Origin: Raillietiella orientalis
Lineage: Eukaryota
Assembly: GCA_036172245.1 (NCBI GenBank)
Contig: JAYWIR010000003.1
Location: 4,092,001-4,156,000 of the forward strand
Direction: 5' to 3'
DNA: 64,000 bases
Position numbers and translations under genes: made by a program. Shown here one piece after another: positions 1 through 13,140 of this stretch. The notes beneath the pieces are model-generated. The model was given only the letters and a program-made list of their open reading frames with translations. It was not told where the DNA came from and made no database searches. Position 1 is the first letter of the stretch; the number at the start of each line of letters is the position of its first letter.

Positions 1-2439
1 TATTCAAATGCCTTTAAGATATTCCTTGGCCAATATTTTCAGGTTCATGAAAACTCATCAAGTACATAGAGTACATATTTTGTTTAGTGCATACAGATTT
101 CATGTTGAAATTCCTGAAAAATTAGTTATTTTGTTTATACAGTGCATACAAATTTCTTTCTCGAACATTCACAAATGTCTTTTTTCATAAGTTCCAGAAA
201 TAGAGAAAAAATAGAATTTTATGCATGAAAATTCCTTGAATTCACTATTAGGAAGTGTGCTTTATATATTTTTTTCAGGTAATTCTTTGAATGTGATTTT
301 AAAAGCATTTATAAAAATGGCAACCACCAACTATAAACAAAATTCGGTTTAATTCTAGCGTTGTAATTGATGTTTATGAACAGCTATCCAAATCTAATTT
401 TATTTTCACTGATGCATGAACTCATATAAGTCAAGTTGTGCTCTTGATCCACTTGATACTTACATGCTGTCACTTGATTATGAAAGATATTTCCATTACC
501 CACTCCTATGTTGGCAACATCATTGTGCTTCATTGTTCTTTGTTGCATTAATTTAAATCAATTAATCCATTGTGGTTTAGTTTGAAGTCAGTAGCCAATG
601 AAGTGAGTCAGATGAAAGTTTTCATTGTCTGGATTAAGTTTGAAAGTTTGTATACATGAATGCACTTTGACTTTAATCTAGGATGATTGAATTCAGCGCA
701 TCACCGATAGACCAAAGTCATAGTCGGAAATTTCGCCTTTTTCTTTTTTTTTTTTATTCTAACCTGAATGTAAATTAAGAAGTCATCTGGGTTTCAGTGG
801 ACTGGATGTAGCACCAGGCAACCAGCTTGTAGAATGTCAGGAGTGTCATTGTCTCTATCATCAGAAATGTCATATTCCTCCAGTGAATGATGAGGAAGTT
901 TATGATCCAAGATTGTTGTGGCATTGTTGCAAGTGTCAGCAAGATGTTGAAACTAAGGTAATGCATAGTAACCATGAAAGTAACTAACAATTGAGCAGAA
1001 TACAAAAACAGTTCCTGCAACACCTGCTTCCAATTTTTGGGGAGGAACTGCTGCAAAATCCAGTAAAGCAAATTCATCAAACACAACCACAAAGAATTCG
1101 CATTCTTTCAAAAACTTAACTGCTAAAAGTAAATATGAATAAATATTGAAATTGAGCAGTGACCTGATAATATCTAATCGCAGGTGGCAGTCCAAGTAAA
1201 ACAACTCCACTTCAGTTAAGCACATCCTTGTTGAATGCAGATAAGAGACTACAGATAATGAAGCGTAAAGCTGCAGCTAAGATGCATGAGAAAAGGATGC
1301 TTAAATAAGCCATGCTGCAGCTGTTTTTGATTTTCCCAAATTACAATCCATATTGTATTTTGAGAAGAAAAAAGATGCATTGTGATAGAAAATGTGTTCT
1401 ATATTTGTTTGAGAAGAACTTTGGTATGCATCAGCTATAATGTGGATGCATAATTTTTTTAAGATTTGCAAGTATGCTTGCAGATTACTATATTTACAGG
1501 TTTTATATCATTGTGGTATTCTTATATTATCATTCTTCATTATTGCATGCTTTTGTAGTATTTGAAATAAGATGCTGAAGTGTATTCATATTCCAATTAA
1601 GAAGAAACCTATTTCTGCTGCAAATTCACCATGGCATGCCAGATTTTGAATTTAATGTAGTGTTTTGTCAAATTTTACGAAATATCCTGAATGTTTGTAG
1701 TAGAGTGATTAGTAACTTGGAATTAAATACCAAGAAGTAATATGTCATCATGTTTTAGTTACAGAATACAGATACTAGTGTGCAGTTTTGGGATGATAAA
1801 TGTTTTTAATTTGGTGATAACGTTGCTAATTTGACCTCAGTGCTGTTTAGATATTCATATCACAATAAAAGGCAGCATTCAAGGTTTTCCAAGTTTTACA
1901 TGGTGCACAGGTTTGGCATACAAACACTCATTAAATCTGGTTTGCCTACCAGGAATAAGTGATAGTTCAATTAGGTTTGCATTCCAATTGGAGGTGAAAC
2001 CTGTGATTGAAGCAGATAAGCATCGCTAAACATTTGACCAAGCATTTAAATTGGTTGGAACAAATGAAAATCAGATTTCACCACTGTGTAGAGTAATGAC
2101 TGACGTAACAAATTTGTGTGCACGGACGCTTCGCAATTTTTTAATTGACCGTGCAACTGAATTTGATCAATTGTGTATTTGATCAACCGGTGATCAATTG
2201 GTATGTATTTGTCTCCCTTGAAAATATATGTGAAAATAAACTGTACAGAGAGGAACGGAGTAACAGCGTTATTTCAGCGCAGGGGATAAAGTGATGTGAC
2301 ACTATAAGTTTCACAGTGGCACCATGAAGTGCATTGTGATTCAGCGGGTTAAACCCATCACAGCCTCTTAAAGCTACAACCACTGCTAGGCGATCCTTAG
2401 AATAAGATAATTTGTTAGACTCCACTTTGCCCGCAGCGA

Positions 2440-2960
2440 GCGAGGCAAAGTGGAGTCTCATCTCACGCAGCCGGAGAGTACCAGGAACCACTTCCAACCC
2501 AAGACCGGACCTGGTTTTAGAAAAAGGAAGAGGGATAAGTGTGCTGCCCATATGAAAACGGCCGGGGGAGAAGAATCAAAGAGGAGGAACATAGGGATAT
2601 CTTGCATTGCCGCCCGGAAGTAGTGGGAAGCAAACAAAGGTGCATGCGATCATCGTCAGTTCTCTGGGAGCATGGGGTCCTGCAAATGAACAAGCAATCC
2701 AGTACTTAGGGATGTCGAAGAGAAAGTTTGTGGAGCTGAGCCACCGGTTGGTGGCCACCTCTATCCGGTCCTCAAGCGCTATTTATGCAACTCATGTGAA
2801 GAAGAAAAACGGTAACCACCTCGATGATTTAGACAATGATCTCCCTCCGGAGGATCACGAGCAAGTCAGAGAAACTCCATGAGGAAAATATCAACTGCGT
2901 AAGACTGTACAGAGCCTTTTGCGTACAAGATTTGTAATCACACAAAACGAACAATAAAGC
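2440..2960 (+). mobile_element. 3' relic of an RLE-type (restriction-like endonuclease; R2/R4/NeSL/Utopia group) non-LTR retrotransposon
   Basis: Frameshifted translation gives RVPGTTSNPRPDLVLEKG (the RPDL motif), then CPYENG, then KVHAIIVSSLGAWGPANEQAIQYLG...SIRSSSAIYATHV* (ORF 2607-2882). This is the typical RLE C-terminus. A short 3' UTR with AATAAA follows at ~2953. No RT domain is visible. Confidence 0.75.
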
Positions 2961-3699
2961 TTAAATAACGTTTTAAATTTCTATCAGTTGACTTTTAAAT
3001 AAGATTAAAAGTAAGAGATTTGAAAAGTTTTGGAAGTAGCATTACACCACTCCAGAAAGTTTCTCTTGTGATACATCTCCAGTTTTCCTGAAGGTTTCAG
3101 CAAAGTTTGAGCAGAAATAGGCTGTAGAAGGTGAATATATGAGAATAACTAAAATTAATGAAATTATTTATCAAATACCTTCAAGAAAATTGATAAATCT
3201 CTTTGATGGAATTGTCATTTTTGTTTCGTAATTTTTATTTCGAACCGAGTTAGCTTTCTCTTGATGATTACCAGTGAAGCAGTCCTTTTTCTTTAAGGGC
3301 TAGCAACTATTACATTTTTTACTCTATTGAAAAAGCAGATTCATCTTCAGCATTTCTTCATAATTAATAAACATGCTTCTCAATTTAAGATGCATCACCC
3401 AATGTACTTTTTATAGTGATCATTTTATATATGACGAAATGTTTTCTGCCAGTGCAACCACGCTTTGATTATTTGAGGCTGTTCTTGCATTTGCTATCTT
3501 ATAATATCAACCACACTGGAGTAAACTTCTTAGGCTACTCGGTTATTATTTTCAAGAACACTTTTGTCATCATCCTTTAATCGTCTCCATTGACAAAAAA
3601 ATTGACAAGTATAGCAATTTTTCTTTTTTCCCTTTTTTTTAAAAAAAAAGTAATATATTTGCCATTTAAATCCAACTTAATCCTTACATTCTTCCTACT

Positions 3700-3920
3700 A
3701 ATCGGTGTTAGTGCGGCAACACTGAATCCACGAATGGGCTCTCCTTGCATGTGCCGTGCACGAAGTCGGTGGAAACCGCGAATTCCGAGTGCGTTTAGTG
3801 CGAGAGCACAGTCTGCATATGAAAAGTGAACTCATGGAGGGCGACTGCGTGAGCGAAGCCAAGAAAAATGTAATGACGAAAAGCAAACCGATCCCACACG
3901 ACTCATTAGTCGTTCAAGGT
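3700..3920 (+). promoter_or_regulatory. CpG-rich promoter/first-exon island of DHPS
   Basis: Local cluster of CG dinucleotides in otherwise AT-rich, CpG-poor DNA, spanning the DHPS start codon and exon 1. Confidence 0.5.
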
Positions 3921-6369
3921 GAGTCAAGTTTGGTGTATTCAAGCTGATTGATCAGTGCGGATGCTGTTTTTCAAGCTACGAATTGTGTGTGTTTGAAAGC
4001 ATCCTTAAATTCATCATCTTAGGGTATGATTTCAACAATGGAATACATTTCGAAGAGATAATAAACTCATTTAAATGTTGTGGGTTTCAAGCAACCAACA
4101 TTTCTCTTGCCATAGAAGAAATCAACAAGATGGTAAAATGAGAAGCTGCCCCCAAAATTTTTTCCCTCGTTTGGTGGATAGATTTCATCCAGGAATGAAT
4201 TGGCAGATGTTGTTTATGAAGATAGTGCTTACTATCGAAGTACAAAAAATTGCACTTTATTTTTGGGATATACATCAAATATGGTGTCAAGTGGTTTACG
4301 TGACATTATTTGTTTCTTGGTCCAGCACAATATGGTAAGAGACAGTTCTTTGTTTGTCGTTTTGCTTCTGTGGAATATTCTGAGTTTGAGCAAATCTAAT
4401 TATTTTAGCAAATTCGCCAAGTACGGAAACAGTTTGCAAACTTGTGGGAAATAAGTATAAATGAAAATGATTGGATATCTTTTTAAAGATACAAAAGTTT
4501 CCAACACAAAGTGGTCTTCCTTTCATATTATTATTCTATCTTTCATCTTATTCTCCGAAACTTACAGTAGACAATGATCCCATGAGTTTGATGTAAAATA
4601 TGATTTTGATGTGAGTTGATTGGAAATGAATTATCCAGTTGGAGTACGAATGAAATAGCCAAAGAATGACAGAAATATTGTGACCACACAACGTGTTTGA
4701 CATGGCATCATCATTTTATCTCTAGCAAAATTAAATTAATGAATCAGCTTGAACTTATGCGGACTGATAATTTTGTGTTCACCTGTGGAACTGGAAGAAT
4801 CAGCAAAATAGTTGAGAACCTGCGTGGTGTGAAGCTCTTAGGAGATAACTTGGGAGGATTTGTGTAAAGAACACTTTTATGAAAGATCCTTGAAATTTCT
4901 TGCATGATTATTTGCATTGCATTGTTACATTGGTTATGAGTGATTATGCTTATAATAGTTATAAAAGAAAAGGAATATCATTGCAACTGTTTGCAAAAGA
5001 GGTATGCAAAGAATTATTTTCTTCAAGGATTTCTGGATCCTATGTTTAAATGTTATTTGTTCATTCAAATGCAAAAAAATGTAAAAAACCAAAGCATCAT
5101 GCAAAAAGCATTATGAATTAAGGAAAATGATATGATATTAATTCGATATTTCGTACGCTCCTTGCCTGCCAGCTTCTTTTATTTATTACCTTCCGCACTC
5201 CCAGAATTCACTTTGACTTGTAGCTGGTGGAAGTGATTAGGTTATCCACCTCGTCAGTTCTGATACATCTCAATTCAAGATGGTGCATAGACAGCATATA
5301 AGCATTGTGACGGGTTTTATGTGTTCCCATTCCTTTTCTGCTTGTATCAGATTACAACTTATATAATTTTCATATTATGAATTATGCATACAGATCATTT
5401 CAGGTTGTAATTTCTGGAGATCAAATGAGACTGTCCTTGTCCCAAGCTAAGTGGTGTGTATTTTTAGGTTGATTGCATTGTAACTTCAGCTGGTGGTGTG
5501 GAGGAAGATCTTATCAAGTGTCTTGCACCCTTCTTTCTTGGTGACTTTAATCTTGATGGTGCTACGCTTCGCAAACAAGGATACAATCGTATTGGTAATC
5601 TCTTGGTGCCCAATGATAACTACTGCCGCTTCCAGGACTGGATCTTACCAGTGCTAGATCAGATGTTGTTAGAGCAGAAAAATGAGGTAGATTTGAAAAA
5701 ACAATGCACGATATACTTCTCAGGGTGTTATCTGGAGTCCTAGCAAGATGATTGCCCGTCTTGGAAAAGAAATAAACAATCCACGTTCCATTTGCTACTG
5801 GGCCTCACGCAATGGCATTCCAATTTTCTGCCCTGGGATTACAGATGGCAGCCTAGGAGATATGCTGTTTTTTCACTCCTGTAATAATCCAGGGCTTGTA
5901 CTAGACATCATTCAAGGTACAATTTGAGAACTGAATTAATGTTTTCATATGTGTCAATGTACTTCAGATGTATGTTACATCAACATGATAGCACTGAAAG
6001 CTCGAAGCACAGGCATGGTCATCCTGGGAGGAGGCCTTATTAAACATCACATATGTAATGCTAATCTTATGGTAAGAAGCATATATTTCTTATTCCCATA
6101 ATGTAAATGTTTATTTGTAGAGAAATGGAGCTGATTACTCTGTTTATATCAACACAGGCCAGGAATTTGATGGAAGCGATAGTGGTGCTTCACCAGATGA
6201 GGCAGTTTCTTGGGGCAAAATACGTTCTGATTGTCATGCTGTCAAAGTAAGTGAAGTGACTCGATCATATGGCTAACTTGTACTTTCCCAGATATTCTGT
6301 GATGCAACTATTGTATTCCCTTTAATTGTCGCTTCCACATTTGCCAAAAACCATATTACCAATAAATAA
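3819..6369 (+). CDS. DHPS: Deoxyhypusine synthase (8 exons; alternative start ATG at 3834)
   Basis: GT-AG splicing gives a continuous frame: ...VQGYDFNNG...GFQATN...[18 protein letters not shown]...[21 protein letters not shown]...[13 protein letters not shown]...[12 protein letters not shown]...[51 protein letters not shown]...[17 protein letters not shown]. The active-site Lys in WGKI is intact. Intron 3 (4335-5467) is 1133 nt; the others are 37-104 nt. Confidence 0.97.
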
Positions 6370-6464
6370 AATATCCAGAAAATGGGATTGGAGAAGGGGA
6401 ACTGATTTCCTTATTATATCTTTTGATTTTTTGTTTTTGCTTTTATTTTTACTTTCCAGTCAAA
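6361..6464 (+). promoter_or_regulatory. DHPS poly(A) signal, U-rich tract and unpaired 3' splice acceptor (candidate trans-splice site) before CRYZ
   Basis: AATAAATAAA at 6361-6370 overlaps the DHPS stop. A T-rich tract runs ~6421-6455 and ends in TTTCCAG (AG at 6458-6459), followed by TCAAA-ATG. No plausible GT donor lies in the gap. Confidence 0.6.
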
Positions 6465-8167
6465 ATGAAGGCCATTCAGGTAGCAGCAGTTGGAGGCCCA
6501 GAAGTATTAAAAGTTTCTCATGAAGTACCCATACCAGAAATCAAAGATGATCAAGTTGAGCAGCAAGATTCTTTCCCGTTTTTCTAAAGTTATTTTAGGT
6601 ACTGATTCAAATCAGTCATGCAGGAGTCAATCCTGTGGATACTTACATACGTTCAAATCAGTTTGATTACGTTCATTCGTTTCCATACATCCCTGGATTT
6701 GATGGTGCAGGCACTATAAAAGCTCTTGGCCAAGGAACTGTAACCAAATTTCAAGTCAGTCGAAGTTTATCCCAGTTTTTGCGATCGACTTGAATATGCT
6801 AACTTGTGAGTAGGTTGGTCAGCGGGTGTTCTGCTGTGGACCATGTGGCACCTATGCAGAATATGCTGCTTGTGATGCATCTTGTGTGTTTCCACTTCCT
6901 GATCATATCACCACGGAACAAGGAGCAGCATTGGGCATTGCTTATTTCACTGCCTACCGTGCACTTTTTCAAAAGTAAATGGCATTTTGCGCTCTGGGTT
7001 GTTGTGCTTTTCCTGAATCTGACTTGTCATGCATGTGTCATCAGGAAGTTGCTTTGCAACAGTATTAGCAAAAGTGCACATTTGCTTCTCATGCTTCCAT
7101 CAGGTCATTTTAATTTGATCTGGTGCACTACTGTCTTCCTCTATTTTCTTTTTATTTTCTCTTGGATTCTTATCTTAAAGTCTCAGATAATCAGTACTTG
7201 GGTTACCGAGACAATGGAATTTGCATTGTTTTCTCCAAGATAAATTGATCTCTTACGTTTTCTGTTTGTGTGGTTACTTACGTCGTTCGTTACGTTTCCT
7301 CCCGTTAAGGTGCCATTCAGATGTGCTTGGTGCATGGCACAGTAGCAATTTTGCATGCGATTCTACAGACATATGTTGCTATTGCTATTTTTCGTTCCAT
7401 AGAGGCAGAGCACAGTCTGGAGAGCGTATTCTCATCCACGGAGCAAGTGGAGCCGTTGGCTTGGCGTGTGTTCAGCTCTGCAAGTTCAAGAGTATGGGAC
7501 TGCAAAATTAGTAACTACTACTCATTTTCCTTCCATCGTAGATCTCCAAGTATGGGGGACAGCAGGAACTCAAGATGGAGAAAGACTGTTACTGCAGCAT
7601 GGAGTTGATTTCGTGTTCAATCATCGGTAATTAAACATGCCCTCACCGCGTGCTGAAAGTCCAATCGAGTCTTACCCATCAGAAGCCCCAACTATTGGGC
7701 TGAGTTAATGCGGAGCACTGGTAACGAAGGTTTCGACGTGATCGTTGAAATGCTGGCCAACGTGAATCTGCAACACGACTTGCACATGGTGGCTCGCAAC
7801 GGACGAATCATAGTAGGAACCTCCGCTTCTTCATCTTGGATACGTTCGATGATGCTTTCCCAGATCGTCGGCTGTCGTGGACAATTATCCCTCAGTGATC
7901 CCCGTTCCTTGATGATGCGCGAAAGCAGCATTATTGGTGTCTACCTCTTCCTTGCTACGGAGGTGAATATGTCCCTACAGCAGTTTTCAACTCTTATTCC
8001 AGGCCGAACGTGAAGAGATGAGTGTTGAAGTGCAGAAAGGACTGGAGAGCAAGCGCTTGTCCCCCGTCATCAATAGTGTGTTTTCCCTAGAAGATGCACC
8101 GAAAGCTCACGAGCTGATTATGAGTTCCTCCGGAGCGAAGGGGAAAATTGTGTTAAAGATACAATAA
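6465..8167 (+). CDS. CRYZ: Quinone oxidoreductase / zeta-crystallin (MDR family), 8 coding exons
   Basis: Spliced protein: MKAIQVAAVGGPEVLKV...VLIQISHAGVNPVDTYIRS...PYIPGFDGAG...GAALGIAYFTAYRALFQ...ILIHGASGAVGLACVQ...WGTAGTQDG...GFDVIVEMLANVNLQHDL...GRIIIVGCRG...EDAPKAHELIMSSSGAKGKIVLKIQ*. All introns are GT-AG. Confidence 0.95.
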
Positions 8168-8899
8168 AAACAAGGAAGATTGTCTTATGATCACCACAAC
8201 TTTGTGGTTCGATTTTTCGAAGCCCCCAATCACCATTTCTTCACTTTCTGATACTTCTGCAGCAGCTCTACAGATCTGTGATTCTATGCTTGGGTTTTCT
8301 CCTTGTCTTTTAAGCACTTTCATGTGATTGTGCCACTTGCAGTGGCGATTCGATTCCTCCTAGAACCATTCTCAAACTTATCCTTTCCAAACCTAAAGTT
8401 GTTTCTTGAAATTCTTGCTTCACATGAAAACTCATGTGACGAAAGATAGTTTGGCTTCAACATCCCTGCTAACTTTCTGATCAGTCGCATAAATCCTTCT
8501 GAATGCAAAACCTATTCGTTCCTCAAAGAGGTCGGTGCCTGATACTCGTAGCTGGAAGATGAGTCGTCAGAAATCGGAGGAACTCGGCCGAGACTGATCA
8601 GTTCGCGGATGTCTTCACCTTCCGGTGTCCAGAGAATCTGCCGTGTCCTTCCAGATATTCCTTTTCTGTTTCCGGGTAACAGGCAGAGTAAACTCTCGGA
8701 ATGGCTCCATTAGGGGGAAGTCATTTTGTAGCACTCATTTTTCCAACTCCTTGGCGATCGACTTAACTGTAGAGTGCGAGCAGTTTCGTGGTCATCGTGC
8801 GCTTCGCCTCAGTCGCTCCTCGTCCCATACTCTCATGCGAAGAAGTTCTGCTGGGATCTAGCCCTAGCTGCTCGCCGCTCCATGTGGAAATCCGGGCTT

Positions 8900-10290
8900 T
8901 CTCTTTTTAGCTGCTCCTTGATCTAAGACGTCTCCTTTGCATCATACCGAAAAGGAGATGTGTCCAACGGGCTCCGGCCAGCAGCACGAGTTTCATCATC
9001 TCCGTGCAGTGCCAGGTGAGAAATACGGATGTGGCCCCCGTGCTCTTGTTGAGAGATAAACAGAATCGTCTTCGTCTATTTGTCTTCACCAAGCGTTGCT
9101 GGCTGATGTCAAGGGTGCTGGCGCTGCTGTTGTTGCCTGTCTCATTCGAGTTTCTAGTCCCTGCACTGGAGCTCTTTTTCCCAAGTCCCACAAGGGGTGG
9201 GGTGAATTTATTTTCTTTTATCACTCACTCTACATACTCATGCATTCATTTTCTCCAATCATTCCACTTATGTCACCTGGAAGTCTGTTTCGTGGGATTA
9301 ACACTAAGGTTCACTACACTTGGGGAACTGGACGTCGTTTATGCCTGGACGTTGTCCTCAATCCTTCTCGGGATATGTCGGTAGTTCCAGATCTGTACTC
9401 TTCCACAGTTTCTTATGCCGATCTCCTTCTGGATAAGCCCTTTCAGGCTTTCCATCGGAGATACGGCGGTCCCTGTTTCCAGATTCTTCTTCTCCAGCAC
9501 TACGACTTCCCCTTCTACGTTTTGGAAGACGTACCGACTCTCGTATTGTTCCCAATACTTCGAGAGGAAGCGCTCTTGGATGTGCAGCTCCCGGTACGCT
9601 TCCTGCCTCAGTCGCTTGTCACCGAGCTGCATGTTGCAGAACAGGTGGACTCGGTGTTTCAAGCTACCCCGGTCGGCGACTCTGCGGATACTGGTCGTCT
9701 GCAGAATCGTCTTTATAACTTCTTGATGGCAGGGTAGCGTTTCGAACCAGGCGGCCATGCTGATGAGCGCCGCCCTCGTGGCCTTCTTTCGCCGAAGGTT
9801 TTCAGTCCGCAGGGAAAACCTCACCGGCGGGTGATCGAACAGCAATGCGGGAGAGTCACGAAATCCGTGGATATGGCTCACTATATCGTAGCTGTAGAAG
9901 ACGTGGTCCGAAGCAGCAGTCCGAACTCGTCGGACAGCCGCCGATACGCCGTCCTGCCTCTGGTGTCCCGGGAATGGATGATTTCGTCCAGGATGTTGAA
10001 ATCCCCCACGATGATCACGATGTCCTTCGGTGCGAGCTTTTGTCGCAGTGTTCCGTGGAGCGCCTCCGCGCACTGATGCTTTTGGTGGTGTGGTCCGTAT
10101 ACGCTCACCAAAAACAGGTGAACATTTGCGGACCAGGACATTCGTACGCCGACGATTCTTCCCGGTATGGGGCAGATGGTCTCCAGGATGGTGTAAGCGA
10201 GCTCGTTCCTTATCGAGATCCCCACACCCATGGTGTTCTTCTGTCCCTCGCTGGCGAACAGCTTTGCGTTCAAACATCGGTGCACTCGAG
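8900..10290 (-). mobile_element. Degenerate APE-type LINE relic (endonuclease domain, linker and probable start of the RT region)
   Basis: ORF 9881-10285 has GVGISIR...IPGRIVGVR...LVSVYGP...IIVGDFNI. After a frameshift, ORF 9339-10277 supplies DHVF and DHPPV; these are exonuclease-endonuclease-phosphatase motifs. Downstream LSLNKSTG (~9040-9060) resembles the pre-RT KSPG motif. There are multiple stops and frameshifts and no YADD. Confidence 0.7.
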
Positions 10291-12412
10291 CTCTAGGAAC
10301 GGGCAGGGAAACAAACCGTCTGCATCGCAGGGTGCCTCAACCCTTTAAGTGCGGAGTTCATCAGATTGAAAGGTTCCGTGTTGGCGGCACGCGAGTCGCA
10401 GCTGCGATCCCCGCGGGCGGAGTGCTTTTTCGCGTACTCTATCAGAGGTGCCACCGAGCGACTTTACAAAGTGCTGATCAAAGTTACTATTGTAATTGTG
10501 TATTTACACCACATTAAAGAAAATATTCGCATCTTTCCCAAGCACATTTCATTTATTTGAAAATTAGAATTCCAATAAAATCAATAACTCATTCACATTT
10601 TTAAGATATCACAAAGATGAAAAACAACATAATAAATTCCACACGACACTGAAAAAAAACGAGGGATCGTCAGTCGATGTAAATAGAATTTTGTTTACTG
10701 CCGTTGCTAAGGGAAATATAAGAACGTAAGTGTATGTGTCCACCTCAAACACGGATAGTGTTAACTTATGTCGGGTGTATGAGGTAAAAACATTTGCCAA
10801 ACGCATAGATGCGTCCATAGCACTCGAAGGGTTAAAAGCGGCAGGAACTCGACTCTGGATATCCTGCTGCTCACCCTGCGTTATTCTCCTAGAGTCCTGT
10901 GGATCTTATGTTTTTGTTTTTTCCCCCCTATTTATGAATTGTCCCCACCTTTTCGTGCCATCAGCCTTCGTTCCGAGTGGGACCTCGCGTGGAGATCACC
11001 CTGCCCGAGAGCGTTGTAGAGGAAGCCTGCTTCCTTCCTTTTCGAGCATTTGTCGTTTTGTTCGTCCGTCCCTTTTCGTGTCACCCTGGCCCAGCCTTTC
11101 CATCCCAGATAGCCGGGCCGTTTATTCAAGGTAGATAAATCAAATTACAGCCATAAACAGAGAAGGGCCGACACTTGTCGAAACGAATCCAAAGGGACAT
11201 AACCTGAAGGAGCGGGACGTGAGGAGGGATAGAACAACGAATAAATAAATAAGTAAGGGAATGGGATGGAGCAGCCTCACGTTATTCCACTTGATGCCTG
11301 AACGTCGGGCAGGGAAGGGACGAAATGGAAAAGGGTGAGCTCACCAGTTTCGGATTAGTCTGCCCTGAAAGAGTTCTGAGGTCCCCTCGAGCCTCGCTCC
11401 CCAGAATGGACTATCGCCTCCTACTTGCCGCAGAGTTGAGCAAGTGGGAGGCGATGGCGGCTGCAAGCTTCTCAACAGGTTGTGGGCCGCATTCCTCCTC
11501 CTTCCTTCTCGGCAACCTCCGCTGCTCGCGCATGGCAGAGCGTGTCTCGGACGGGGGACGTGAACATCTCTCCAAAGAGGTCTTCTGGGGAGACCTTCTG
11601 GAACCGATGTGCTTCAGAGATGCCTGCCCATCCCTGACGCAGCCTCCTGCATTCCAGCAGCACATGCAGGAGTGTTTTCAGTGTCCCTCAGTGGGGCGTC
11701 CCCCCTCACCCTCCGCTTGTCCATTAGGGGCGTGTGTTCCCCGCTGAAGCACGGTGGCGTCCCTCGTTTCCGGGGAGCGCCCAGGGAACCATCAAAATGG
11801 CGGCCTGTCGGTACCAGAGAGGGAGACGAAGACGTCGCCCAGGGAAATGGGATCGCCGGTGGCCTCGTTCCATAGGAGAGAAATTTTTTACTGGCCAATG
11901 AGTTTGGTGATCCACGGGTACGGCAGGCCCACCTCCCACGCTACAGGAATGTCCCTCCTAATCCCAACGAAGGAGTAATGGACGCATGGCCTCTTGAATG
12001 GTCACACGCTGTAGTCTGGGGAGCAGGCCAGTGTCTTCCAGTTTCCCTGGAAGGGGAAGTTCCCTAGTTGATGATGGCGTTGTTTTCGGGAGGGTTGGAC
12101 TTTCCATCCGCATCCGCGCAGTGATTCCATCTGCCGAGCATCCCTGTTCAGTGGTTGGTAGTACATCTACCACGTGTTCCTCCACCAGCGACGCAAGCGA
12201 GAGGGTTGGGTGACCCAGACATGTTCTCGCTCGCGGTCGCGTGAGGGGACGGATGCTAACCCTTTCCTTCAAAAGGACGCACGAAGGGAGACACCGGTGG
12301 GTGTATCCGCAGCCTCTCCACGGGAGCCAAAACCGACTGAACGATGCTCGTCTCTGCATCCGTTTGGCCGAGAGTGAGTTCGGTCCCCGCCTTAGCATCC
12401 GCCCGCGTCGGA

Positions 12413-13140
12413 AGCCCTGTGGCTACTGCGGTCTCCGCGCGTGGTACAATGCGTCTCAGGTTCGAATACTCCGAACTGAATCGACGCAATGCGTCGTGGG
12501 TTCGAGTTCCTTCCGCAAGATGACGCTGGTTGTCCTCTATTCATCCGGGTGCGGCACTGGTAGCGGTTCAACCCGGATGCCCCTGAGGGCGAGTGGCTGG
12601 GACAATGGGAGTCAACCTTCGGGTCCTTCCAGGAATCAAGGAGTGGGGAGTTCTTCCCCTCCTGTTGTGCAAAGGAGCGGATCCCCAGTGTGAGGGACCC
12701 CTCCGGACCGTACTGAGGGAGTAGGTGTGTCGCCACCTCTCCAGAGAGTGCAGAGAAGCGAGCCGATCCCTTCGAGGAGCGCCCTTCTGAATTTCGGAAG
12801 CGTCCCTTAGGGGTTCTCTTCAGAGGAGTAAACAGGAGCGGTTCCCTTGCGGCATCCCTCCGGAGAAGAAATTCCTGATAGGGAATCCTTTCCGGGTTTC
12901 CTTCGGAGAAGAAAAAATGGAACGGACCCCCCTGGGGTCCCTCCGGAGAGAATAAGGAAGAAATGGTTCCTTTCGGAGACAACCAGGGTGGAGGCGATCT
13001 CCATTCCGAGGATCTTTCCCCAGGTATGAGAGGAACGGACTCCGAGCCCTTCCTAGATTCATAAGGTGGATCCCTCCCGGTATACCGCTATTATATACGC
13101 ACCCTCGGGTGGAGTGGAACCATGTTAAAGAGCTGAGAAA
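12413..13140. repeat. Dispersed repeat family, copy 1 (tRNA-like head plus body with internal ~40-45 bp subrepeats)
   Basis: Shares GGG(A)TTCTCTTCAGAGGAGT...CC(C/T)CCGGAGAAGAAA...GAGAAT...TTCC(C/T)TT(C/A)GGAGACA with 13546-14130 and 41988-42290. Shares the head GTGGCT..CGGTCT.CGC.CGTGG...GGTTCGAAT with 13546. Confidence 0.8.

Noticed and set aside
1..3600. AT-rich minus-strand coding-like stretches (775-1225, 3030-3590) and TTGATCAA repeats at 2160-2200
   Set aside because: Riddled with stops and no family recognised; probably old transposon debris.
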